NCBI GenBank assembly: GCA_013823985.1
Contig: PNNB01000001.1
Span: forward strand, 128,739-192,738
Direction of reading: 5' to 3'
DNA length: 64,000 nt
Source: Sphingopyxis sp.
Lineage (GTDB): Bacteria > Pseudomonadota > Alphaproteobacteria > Sphingomonadales > Sphingomonadaceae
Shown here: in pieces, positions 45,816 to 54,129 of the stretch
Position numbering within the stretch: position 1 is the stretch's first letter
Layout of the letters: each line of letters starts with the position of its first letter
Program-made: the position numbers and the translations under genes
Notes under the pieces: model-generated
Told to the model about the DNA's origin: nothing
What the model saw: only the letters and a program-made list of their open reading frames with translations
Databases searched by the model: none

Positions 45816-47330
45816 ATGGCGCAAGTGGAAACAACCGTAGATGTATTGATCGTAGGCGCAGGCTTGTCCGGTATCGGAGCTGCCGCACATTTGACGATGC
45901 AATGCCCGAACAAGAGCTATGCGATTGTGGAGCAGCGGCAGGATATGGGCGGAACATGGGATTTGTTCCGTTATCCCGGCATCCGTTCCGACTCCGACAT
46001 GCACACGCTGGGTTATCGGTTCAAGCCATGGCTGCATGAAAAGACGATTGCCGACGGCCCGTCCATCCACGAATATATCCATGAAACCGCCGCCGAATTC
46101 GGGATCACGCCCCATATCCATTTCGGTCATCGGGTCCTTTCTGCCAACTGGTTGAGCGCTGACGGACGCTGGCATGTAACTGCCAAAGCTGTCGACGGAA
46201 GTGCCGAGCGCCATTTTGCAGCGCGCTTCTTATTCATGTGCGCCGGCTATTATGATTATGACGAGGGATACCGTCCCGAATTTCCCGGCGAGAAAAATTT
46301 CAAGGGCCAGATCATCCACCCGCAGCATTGGCCTGAAGGGCTGGAATATGCCGGCAAGAAGGTCGTTGTCATTGGCTCTGGAGCAACGGCGGTCACCATT
46401 GTTCCGGTGATGGCGGAAGAAGGCGCCGATGTGACGATGTTGCAACGCTCGCCCACCTATATGGTATCGCGTCCGGCCCGGGATCCATTTGCCAATAAAC
46501 TACGGAAATTCCTGCCCGAAAAGATCGCCTACGCGATCACCCGCTGGAAGAATATCAACCACCAGCGGTTCACCTATTGGTATGCCCGTCGCAATCCGGC
46601 CAAGCTGGGTGAAAGACTTGTGGATATGGCACGGCAAGAGCTGCCGGACACGGTCGACGTCGACAAGCACTTCGTGCCGAAATACGGCCCCTGGGAACAG
46701 CGTCTATGCCTGGTGCCGGACAGCGACATGTTCAAAGCCATATCATCCGGTAAGGCGAAGGTTGTCACCGACCATATCGACCAGTTCACCAAGACCGGTA
46801 TCCAGTTGAAGTCGGGCGAACATCTCGACGCCGACATTATTGTTACGGCTACGGGCCTCAATCTTGTGACGATGGGCAAGACAGCAATCAGCATTGATGG
46901 CGCGCCCGTCAACTTTGGCGAGCATTTCAATTATAAGGGCGTGATGTTCAACGACATCCCCAATCTCGCCAGCGTGTTCGGCTATATCAACGCGTCCTGG
47001 ACATTGAAGACCGATATTGTCGCGGATTATGTCTGCCGTCTTTTGTGGAAAATGGACGACAAGAACACGACGGTGGCGACTCCGCATCTGGACGATGCAA
47101 ATATGCCGCGCCTCCCGTTTGTGTCGGATTTTAGCTCGGGCTATTTTGCCCGTTCGTTCGACAAACTGCCGAAAAATGGGGATCGCCATCCGTGGCGGGT
47201 GCTGCAGGATTATAAGGCGGAGAAAAAGATACTTTCCGAAGACCCTGTCGACGATGGTGTCATGGTGTTTTCGAACCCCGTCGCAGCCGCCCGCAAAGAG
47301 GAAGCAGAAACACTACTCGCTGCGGAGTGA
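45816..47330 (+). CDS. Flavin-containing (Baeyer-Villiger/EthA-like) monooxygenase
   Basis: IVGAGLSG, GGTWDLFRYPGIRSDSD, FKGQIIHPQHWP (BVMO fingerprint), IGSGATA and ATG. Confidence 0.92.
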   Translation: MAQVETTVDVLIVGAGLSGIGAAAHLTMQCPNKSYAIVEQRQDMGGTWDLFRYPGIRSDSDMHTLGYRFKPWLHEKTIADGPSIHEYIHETAAEFGITPHIHFGHRVLSANWLSADGRWHVTAKAVDGSAERHFAARFLFMCAGYYDYDEGYRPEFPGEKNFKGQIIHPQHWPEGLEYAGKKVVVIGSGATAVTIVPVMAEEGADVTMLQRSPTYMVSRPARDPFANKLRKFLPEKIAYAITRWKNINHQRFTYWYARRNPAKLGERLVDMARQELPDTVDVDKHFVPKYGPWEQRLCLVPDSDMFKAISSGKAKVVTDHIDQFTKTGIQLKSGEHLDADIIVTATGLNLVTMGKTAISIDGAPVNFGEHFNYKGVMFNDIPNLASVFGYINASWTLKTDIVADYVCRLLWKMDDKNTTVATPHLDDANMPRLPFVSDFSSGYFARSFDKLPKNGDRHPWRVLQDYKAEKKILSEDPVDDGVMVFSNPVAAARKEEAETLLAAE

Positions 47331-47333
47331 CCC

Positions 47334-47945
47334 TTAGTCCGCGTCGCGGACCGTTGAAGCGACACGGCGGGTTTCCTGTACCGGATCCGGTGCAATCAGA
47401 TGCGTGCGCCGCTTCACGATCCAGATCAGCAGCGCGAGGCCGAGCAATGCGGTTATGGTAATGGCGACCATCAGCCAGTTGGTAAATGTCCGCATTTCCC
47501 GTGCATGCGCCAGTAACGGCGGGGGATCCTTGGCTTCCTTTACATCCCAATATTCAATTTCGAATGCCCCGCGCTCTGGCCGGTACATGCGGATTTCGGC
47601 GCTGACCCATTTTTTGCCATCCTGCGCAACATAGGTCACGCTCACTTCATCCTCATTCGGGCCAAGGAATTCCTGCTTGGGGACATAAAGGGCCGGGGTC
47701 AGCGGCGGCGCCTTTTTCAAAAGTGCCGACATCTCGGCAAATTGCACACGGCTGTCGTCGACAAAGGAGGGTGCGACATGCTGTTCGGCCATCTTCTGGT
47801 CGCCACGTTTTACGGCGGCGATGAGGGGATCGGAAATCGCCGCCACGTCGGCAGGAAGATCTACCTTGTCGACAGAATTGGACGTGCATGACGCTAGTCC
47901 GAAAGAAGACGCTACCAGCGCGACGGCAAGAAAAATGCGAGCCAT
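47334..47945 (-). CDS. Hypothetical lipoprotein with C-terminal TM helix
   Basis: Lipobox-like LASC and a hydrophobic C-terminal helix followed by KRR. Confidence 0.6.
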   Translation of the reverse strand: MARIFLAVALVASSFGLASCTSNSVDKVDLPADVAAISDPLIAAVKRGDQKMAEQHVAPSFVDDSRVQFAEMSALLKKAPPLTPALYVPKQEFLGPNEDEVSVTYVAQDGKKWVSAEIRMYRPERGAFEIEYWDVKEAKDPPPLLAHAREMRTFTNWLMVAITITALLGLALLIWIVKRRTHLIAPDPVQETRRVASTVRDAD

Positions 47946-47993
47946 TTCTGAAAATTCTCCCCTTCATACCCCTTTGCCGCTAACGGGGATGTC

Positions 47994-49382
47994 ATGCGTT
48001 ATGACGATTTGATCCAGCCTGACAACGGCCAACCTGCCATCCCCATCCAATTAATCGAAAAGACCGGCTTCGAGACCTGGCTTGCCGCGCAACCCGATGC
48101 TGTCCGCACGGCAACCAAAGCCCAGAAATTCGATGGTAGCACAGGCGATATCGCCATTTTGCCGGGCGAGAAACCCGGGGAATGGTCTGTAGTCGCTGGC
48201 GTGGCAGACACCCAGAAAATGGCGCTATGGTCGCTGGCCAAACTTGCGGACAGCCTGCCTGAGGGGGCGTACCGTTTGACCGATGTGGATGCGGGCGACG
48301 CCATGGTGGGCTGGATGCTCGGCCATTACCGGTTTCAGGAATATCTGAGCGAGCCGAAAGTCACAGGTGCGCGGGTTTTGCTGGTGAAAGAACCGGGGCG
48401 CATTGCCGGCGCCGCCTTGCAGGCGACGGCCACGGCCTTGGTCCGCGACCTTGTCAACCGGCCGGCTGCAGATATGGGGCCCAACGCGCTCGAAGCCGAG
48501 GCCAGACGGGTCGGCAAAACCTACAAGGCCGAAGTTACCGTGACGTCTGGGGATTCGCTGGAATCCGGCTATCCGCTTATTCATGCCGTCGGCAAGGCGG
48601 CGATGCGGGAACATGCGCCGCGTCTGATCGAGTTGAACTGGGGGGATGACCGGCATCCCCGTATCGCGATTGTTGGTAAAGGGATCACGTTCGATAGCGG
48701 TGGGCTGGATATAAAGCCTGCCAGCGGTATGCGGATCATGAAGAAGGACATGGGCGGCGCCGCGCATGCCTTGGCGCTTGCCGAAATGGTTATGGCGGCG
48801 CATCTGCCGGTCCGGTTGCACATGCTGATTGCTGCTGCGGAAAACAGCATTTCGGGTAACGCCTTTCGCCCAGGCGATGTGATCAAAAGCCGTAAGGGTA
48901 TTACCGTAGAGATTGATAATACGGATGCCGAAGGCCGGCTGGTGCTCGCCGATGCCTTGGCCAGGGCGATCGAGGACAAACCGGCGTTTATCGTCGATTT
49001 CGCGACGCTGACCGGAGCCGCGCGGACGGCCCTGGGGCCTGATTTGCCCGCCATGTTCAGCAATCAGGATGATGTTGCGGACAATCTGCTTTCGGCATCC
49101 AAGGCGGTCCATGATCCGTTGTGGCGGATGCCGTTATGGGCACCCTATTCGGAAATGCTCGACAGCGACATTGCCGACACCGCCAACAGCGGCGGCAGCT
49201 TTGCAGGGGCAGTGACGGCGGCGTTGTTTATGCAGAAGTTCATTCCCGATGATACGCCTTGGGTGCATCTGGATACCTTCGCCTGGCGTCCAACCAGCAA
49301 GCCGGGGCGGCCGAAAGGCGGCGAAGCCTTGGGTTTACGAGCGGTGTTTCGTTATTTGACGGACACTTATCCCGTCCGCTAA
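47994..49382 (+). CDS. M17 leucyl aminopeptidase family (PepB-like)
   Basis: GKGITFDSGG, MKKDMGGAA, NTDAEGRL.LAD, ATLTGA and WVHLD. Confidence 0.95.
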   Translation: MRYDDLIQPDNGQPAIPIQLIEKTGFETWLAAQPDAVRTATKAQKFDGSTGDIAILPGEKPGEWSVVAGVADTQKMALWSLAKLADSLPEGAYRLTDVDAGDAMVGWMLGHYRFQEYLSEPKVTGARVLLVKEPGRIAGAALQATATALVRDLVNRPAADMGPNALEAEARRVGKTYKAEVTVTSGDSLESGYPLIHAVGKAAMREHAPRLIELNWGDDRHPRIAIVGKGITFDSGGLDIKPASGMRIMKKDMGGAAHALALAEMVMAAHLPVRLHMLIAAAENSISGNAFRPGDVIKSRKGITVEIDNTDAEGRLVLADALARAIEDKPAFIVDFATLTGAARTALGPDLPAMFSNQDDVADNLLSASKAVHDPLWRMPLWAPYSEMLDSDIADTANSGGSFAGAVTAALFMQKFIPDDTPWVHLDTFAWRPTSKPGRPKGGEALGLRAVFRYLTDTYPVR

Positions 49383-49505
49383 GAGCAGGGCTGCAATAAC
49401 ATTGTCGCGTTGGCACATGCCAGCGCCCGTTTCGTTGACCGAAATGTATCGGGAAACGCAATAGACCCAGCTCAGGCTGGTGTGACGCAGTCGGGGAAAT
49501 GATCA

Positions 49506-50402
49506 TTGGTAACCAATTCGACAGGTGATCGGCGAATTTACAAGCTGACGGGGCACAGTCTGGTGGGCGACAAGCGGACGACGCCGATCCGGGGTGATCT
49601 CGCGGATATCAGCTTGGCAGGCAAGCTGTTCGCCCCGCATTATGCGGTGCCCATGCTGCGCACCGGAATTGCGCCCGTGACCGAAATTCATGCTGAACCG
49701 CATGCTACCGCGATGCCGGTAAGCGCGTTGATGCATGGCGAGGAATTTGCCGTGCTGGACGTCGCAGGCGACTGGGCATGGGGCTATTGTCTGCACGACA
49801 ATTATCTCGGCTATTTGCGCTTCGCCGAACTTGGCGCCGATTTTGACGCGACCCATATTGTCAGCGCGCCTGCGACCCTTGTGCTGGCATCGCCTTCGAC
49901 CAAGGCCCCGGTCGTGGCACGCTATCCCATGGGGGCGCAATTGGCCTGCGGCGAAGCAAGCGAATGCGGCACCTATCTGGCCTGTGAAAATGGCTTTGTA
50001 CCCGCAGCTCATGTGTCGGAAATCGGCGAAGTTGCGGCATCGCCCGCGGATCTGGCGGAACGGCTGATCGGAACGCCCTATAGCTGGGGTGGACGCAGCG
50101 GTGATGCTATAGATTGTTCGGGGCTGGTGCAGCTTGTCTTTGGCCTCAAAGGCGTGCTGGCGCCGCGCGATGCGGATATGCAGCAGGCCGAATTTGGCGA
50201 CGAGCTGCCCGACGATGCACCGCTGGTTCGCGGCGATCTGGTGTTTTTCCCCGGGCATGTCGGCATTATGGCCGATGCGGAAAATATTATTCATGCTAAT
50301 GGCACCGCCATGGCCGTCAGCATCGAGTCTCTGGCCGATGCGGCCGCGCGATTTGCGGAACATGATCAACCCATTGTCGCACGTAAAAGAGTAGCGATGT
50401 GA
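49506..50402 (+). CDS. NlpC/P60 (C40) peptidase with N-terminal SH3-like domains, no signal peptide
   Basis: GTPYSWGG, DCSGLV (Cys), GHVG (His) and IHA. TTG start uncertain. Confidence 0.9.
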   Translation: MVTNSTGDRRIYKLTGHSLVGDKRTTPIRGDLADISLAGKLFAPHYAVPMLRTGIAPVTEIHAEPHATAMPVSALMHGEEFAVLDVAGDWAWGYCLHDNYLGYLRFAELGADFDATHIVSAPATLVLASPSTKAPVVARYPMGAQLACGEASECGTYLACENGFVPAAHVSEIGEVAASPADLAERLIGTPYSWGGRSGDAIDCSGLVQLVFGLKGVLAPRDADMQQAEFGDELPDDAPLVRGDLVFFPGHVGIMADAENIIHANGTAMAVSIESLADAAARFAEHDQPIVARKRVAM

Positions 50403-50444
50403 TCAGCCGGAAGGTGGGGATCACCTTTTTGAAGGCTTGAAGTT

Positions 50445-51383
50445 ATGACGCATAGTGTTTTCATCGATGGCGCCGCCGGAACCACCGGTCTGGAAATTGC
50501 CGACCGGCTTGCAGGGCGGAGCGAATTTACGTTGATCACGCTTGATGATGACAAGCGCAAGGATTTTGAAGCCCGTCGTCAGGCGCTGAACGATGCGGAT
50601 TTCGTTGTCCTGTGCCTGCCGGATGACGCCGCGAAGGAAGCGGTAGCGATGACGAGTTCTGCCAAGACGCGGATCATTGATGCGTCGACCGCGCACCGTG
50701 TGGATCAAAACTGGGCCTATGGCTTTCCCGAATACCGCAAGGGCCAGCATGACCGCATTGCGGCGGCACGGCTGGTCAGCAATCCCGGATGCTATCCGAC
50801 CGGCTTTCTGGGGCTGGTCGCGCCGCTGGTTGCGGCCGATCTGATACCGGAAGACTGGCCCTACACCGTCAACGCCGTGTCCGGCTATTCGGGCGGCGGG
50901 AAAGCGTTGATCGAGCGCTTTGAAAGCACCGACGGCGCAGACATCGGGTTTCGCACCTATGGCTTGGACTTGAGCCATAAGCATGTCCCCGAAATGCAGA
51001 CACATGCCGGACTTGGCTTGGCGCCCATATTTTCACCGGCTGTCGTGCGCGCTTTTCGCGGGATGATGGTCGAGGTGCCCTTGCCGATTTCGGTCATGCC
51101 AGGCAGCGACAGCCCCGAGGAAATGCGTGCCTGCCTTGCGCAGCACTATGCAGGTTCGCCCGTTGTCACGGTCCATGAGCAACTGGCGCCATCGGAGCTG
51201 CTGATCCTGAATACGCAGGAGCCTTCGGACCGGCTTGATCTTTATGTGCTGGGGTCACCCGATAACACGCAAGTCCGGCTACTGGCCATGCTCGACAATC
51301 TGGGCAAGGGCGCCAGCGGGGCCGCGGTGCAGAATTTGAATATCATGGCGGGACTGGACGAAACGGCTGGCCTGCGGCTTTGA
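50445..51383 (+). CDS. argC: N-acetyl-gamma-glutamyl-phosphate reductase
   Basis: VFIDG..GTTGL, IDASTAHR, NPGCYPTG, SGYSGGG and DNLGKGASGAAVQN. Confidence 0.96.
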   Translation: MTHSVFIDGAAGTTGLEIADRLAGRSEFTLITLDDDKRKDFEARRQALNDADFVVLCLPDDAAKEAVAMTSSAKTRIIDASTAHRVDQNWAYGFPEYRKGQHDRIAAARLVSNPGCYPTGFLGLVAPLVAADLIPEDWPYTVNAVSGYSGGGKALIERFESTDGADIGFRTYGLDLSHKHVPEMQTHAGLGLAPIFSPAVVRAFRGMMVEVPLPISVMPGSDSPEEMRACLAQHYAGSPVVTVHEQLAPSELLILNTQEPSDRLDLYVLGSPDNTQVRLLAMLDNLGKGASGAAVQNLNIMAGLDETAGLRL

Positions 51384-51414
51384 TGGTGATCGCTGTGAAA
51401 ACGGGTGCCTGAGG

Positions 51415-51470
51415 TTGACATCGCTGTGTTGTCCAATTATATGACCCATATTAGGTCAAAATACTGGACA
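51415..51470 (+). promoter_or_regulatory. Sigma70-like promoter overlapped by a 17-bp inverted-repeat operator (TA autoregulation)
   Basis: TTGACA (51415) N17 TATATG. Inverted repeat tgtccaattatatgacc / ggtcaaaatactggaca (13/17 match) spans 51430-51470. Confidence 0.6.
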
Positions 51471-51474
51471 TAAT

Positions 51475-51912
51475 ATGGTTGCATCGTCCTCAAATAAATT
51501 ACAGGAAATGCCCGCGGCCTTTCGCGGATTGCCGAATTTCCTCCCCATTGATGGCAATGGGTATCTGGGGGCCTATTTCACCAAGGCGGGGGATGTGGAT
51601 ATCGGGCAATTGGCCGATATGTTTCGTATGTCCAAGGCGCAACTGGCTGAAACGGTCGGGCTTCCGCTGGCGACCGTAACCAAATCGGACCGCATGAAAG
51701 CGCCTAAGGCGCAAGGTAGGATGACCGAAATGCTCGAAATCATCGCACGCATCAAAGATTGGGCAGGCAGCGAAGCGCAGGCCATGGCGTGGTATCGGTC
51801 GCAACCGATTCCGGCATTGGATGGCCGCACCGCGGAATCGCTGGTGAAATCGGGCGATGCGGGGGCCGTGCGCGACTATCTCGACCATATGGCATTGGGC
51901 GGTTTTGCTTGA
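51475..51912 (+). CDS. Xre/MbcA/ParS-type antitoxin (DUF2384)
   Basis: N-terminal HTH; A.AWYRSQPIPALDGRTAESLV..G....VRDYL....GGFA. Start is 51475 or 51508. Confidence 0.9.
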   Translation: MVASSSNKLQEMPAAFRGLPNFLPIDGNGYLGAYFTKAGDVDIGQLADMFRMSKAQLAETVGLPLATVTKSDRMKAPKAQGRMTEMLEIIARIKDWAGSEAQAMAWYRSQPIPALDGRTAESLVKSGDAGAVRDYLDHMALGGFA

Positions 51913-52427
51913 ACTTTACAGGCCGCGCCTATCGCGCGCATGATCCACGATGGTCTTTCGATCCCATCTCCGGACAAGGTGCCGCCATTTCCGGAGGGCG
52001 GTTCAACATCAGGGGGCAGGCCGCACTTTACCTGTCGCTCGAACCTATCACCGCGCTTGCCGAATGCACACAGGGGTTTGCGCACCGGATGCTGCCGCTG
52101 ACCTTGTGCGAATATGACATTGCATGCGCCGATGTGGCGGATCTGACCGATGCCGATACGCGGCAGGCCCTTGGAATAAAGGAAAAGGACATGGCCTGCC
52201 CGTGGCTGGTCTTTCAGCGCAGTGGCAAAATCGCGCCGTCCCAAAAACTGACGCAGCAGCTTGTGGCCAAGGGGTTCAACGGTGCGCTGGTGCCCAGCTA
52301 CGTCCCGGCAATTCACCAAGGCGCCACCAATCTGGTTTTGTGGAACTGGAGCGACACGCACCCGTGCAAGGTGACGGTTTACGATCCCGAGGGTCGGCTG
52401 CCGTCGGGATCACGCGTGCCTCAATAA
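51909..52427 (+). CDS. RES-domain toxin
   Basis: YRAHDPRW, SG.GA...GGRFN, LYLS, ALAE, VPS and NLVLW. TTG start overlaps the antitoxin stop (TTGA). Confidence 0.9.
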   Translation: MNFTGRAYRAHDPRWSFDPISGQGAAISGGRFNIRGQAALYLSLEPITALAECTQGFAHRMLPLTLCEYDIACADVADLTDADTRQALGIKEKDMACPWLVFQRSGKIAPSQKLTQQLVAKGFNGALVPSYVPAIHQGATNLVLWNWSDTHPCKVTVYDPEGRLPSGSRVPQ

Positions 52428-53248
52428 GGCGGCTTGTCGAAACCCTTGGGGCTTGCGGTAAAAATCTCGCACCCTGTTTCGGTGATGCCGATGCTATGTT
52501 CGAATTGCGCCGACAGGCTGCGGTCACGGGTCACCGCCGTCCAGCCATCTTCGAGCACTTTCCCCGCAGCTTTACCGATATTGATCATCGGCTCGATCGT
52601 GAAGATCATGCCGGGGCGCAGTTCGGGGCCGGTTCCGGGACGTCCGACATGGACAATCTCGGGTGCGTCGTGAAACAGTTGGCCGAGGCCATGACCGCAA
52701 AAGTCGCGAACGACGCCATAGCGGTGCTTTTCGGCGTGGGTCTGAATGGCATAGCCAATGTCGCCGACATGGTTGCCGGGCTTCGCCTGCTCAATGCCCA
52801 GCATCAGACATTCATAGGTCACATCGACCAGCCGCTTAGCCTTGACCGGAACATCGCCGACCAGAAACATACGGCTGGTGTCGCCATGCCAACCATCCAG
52901 CATGGGTGTAACGTCGATATTGACGATATCGCCGTCCTTCAGCCGCTTATCGGATGGGATACCATGACAGATGACATGGTTGATGCTGGTGCAGCAGCTA
53001 TGCGTATAGCCGCGATAGCCGAGCGTTGCGGGAACCGCGCCGCCGCGCAGCGTCATTTGGCGGACGATGTCGTCCAGTTCTTCGGTCGTCACGCCGGGCA
53101 CAACATGCGGCACCAGCGCGTCGAGGATTTCGGCCGCGAGCCGACCGGCCTTGCGCATGCCTTCAAAGCCCTCGGCTCCGTGTAACTTGATGACCCCGTC
53201 GCGGGTCAGACCGGCCTCGGCGGGCGTGACTTCTACATAATGATCCAT
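52421..53248 (-). CDS. map: Methionine aminopeptidase type I
   Basis: CTSINHVICHGIP, DIVNIDVT, HGDTSRMF, GHGLG..FH, FTIEPMIN and SAQFEHS. Confidence 0.98.
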   Translation of the reverse strand: MDHYVEVTPAEAGLTRDGVIKLHGAEGFEGMRKAGRLAAEILDALVPHVVPGVTTEELDDIVRQMTLRGGAVPATLGYRGYTHSCCTSINHVICHGIPSDKRLKDGDIVNIDVTPMLDGWHGDTSRMFLVGDVPVKAKRLVDVTYECLMLGIEQAKPGNHVGDIGYAIQTHAEKHRYGVVRDFCGHGLGQLFHDAPEIVHVGRPGTGPELRPGMIFTIEPMINIGKAAGKVLEDGWTAVTRDRSLSAQFEHSIGITETGCEIFTASPKGFDKPPY

Positions 53249-53310
53249 CCCGACGATATAGAGCGTTATTCCCCACTTTGCGAGAGGGGTATTTATGCTA
53301 TCGCAGGCGA

Positions 53311-54069
53311 ATGACAGAATCCCGCATCTACACCGCCGCGCTTGTAATCATCGGCGACGAAATCCTTTCCGGCCGGACACAGGACAAAAATGTCAGCCAA
53401 ATTGCGCTTTGGCTGAATATTCAGGGGATCCGCCTGAAAGAAGTGCGCGTGGTCGCGGACGATATGGATGCGATAATCGAGGCGGTGAACCTTTTGCGGG
53501 CGCGCAACGATTATCTGTTCACGACAGGCGGGATCGGGCCGACGCATGACGACATCACGGTCGATGCCATCGCGGCTGCTTTGGGGGTCGAGGTGGTCAT
53601 CCATCCCGAGGCGAGCGCCGTATTGCATAAATATTATGAGACCCGAGGCGGGATCAACCCTGGACGGTTGCGGATGGCGCGCGTGCCCGATGGTGCGGAA
53701 CTCATCCCCAACAAAATGTCGGGTGCGCCGGGAATCAAGCATGGAAATATCTTCATCATGGCTGGCGTGCCGCACATCACCGCCGGCATGCTTGACGCGT
53801 TGACGGGCACGCTCGAAGGCGGTGCACCGCTGCTGTCGCATCAGGTTGGGTGCTGGGTCGCGGAAAGCGAAGTGGCCAAATTGCTCGGCGACACGGAAAA
53901 GCATCATGAAGGATGCCAGATCGGCAGCTACCCATTTTTCCGTGAGGGCAAGGTCGGCGCCAATTTTGTGGTCCGCACGACCGACGCGCATATGCTGAAT
54001 GAATGTGTGGAGGCCCTGAAACTCGGTCTGCGCGGTCTGGGCTATGACTGCGTCGATGGTGGAATTTAA
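53311..54069 (+). CDS. Molybdopterin-binding-domain / CinA N-terminal-like protein
   Basis: IIGDEILSGRT.D.N, TTGGIGPTHDDIT, N..SGAPG and AGVP. Confidence 0.88.
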   Translation: MTESRIYTAALVIIGDEILSGRTQDKNVSQIALWLNIQGIRLKEVRVVADDMDAIIEAVNLLRARNDYLFTTGGIGPTHDDITVDAIAAALGVEVVIHPEASAVLHKYYETRGGINPGRLRMARVPDGAELIPNKMSGAPGIKHGNIFIMAGVPHITAGMLDALTGTLEGGAPLLSHQVGCWVAESEVAKLLGDTEKHHEGCQIGSYPFFREGKVGANFVVRTTDAHMLNECVEALKLGLRGLGYDCVDGGI

Positions 54070-54129
54070 GCGTCATTTCGTCGGTTCGTTCATCTGCCGT
54101 CAACCGTCACCTAGGATAGTGAGGCCGTA

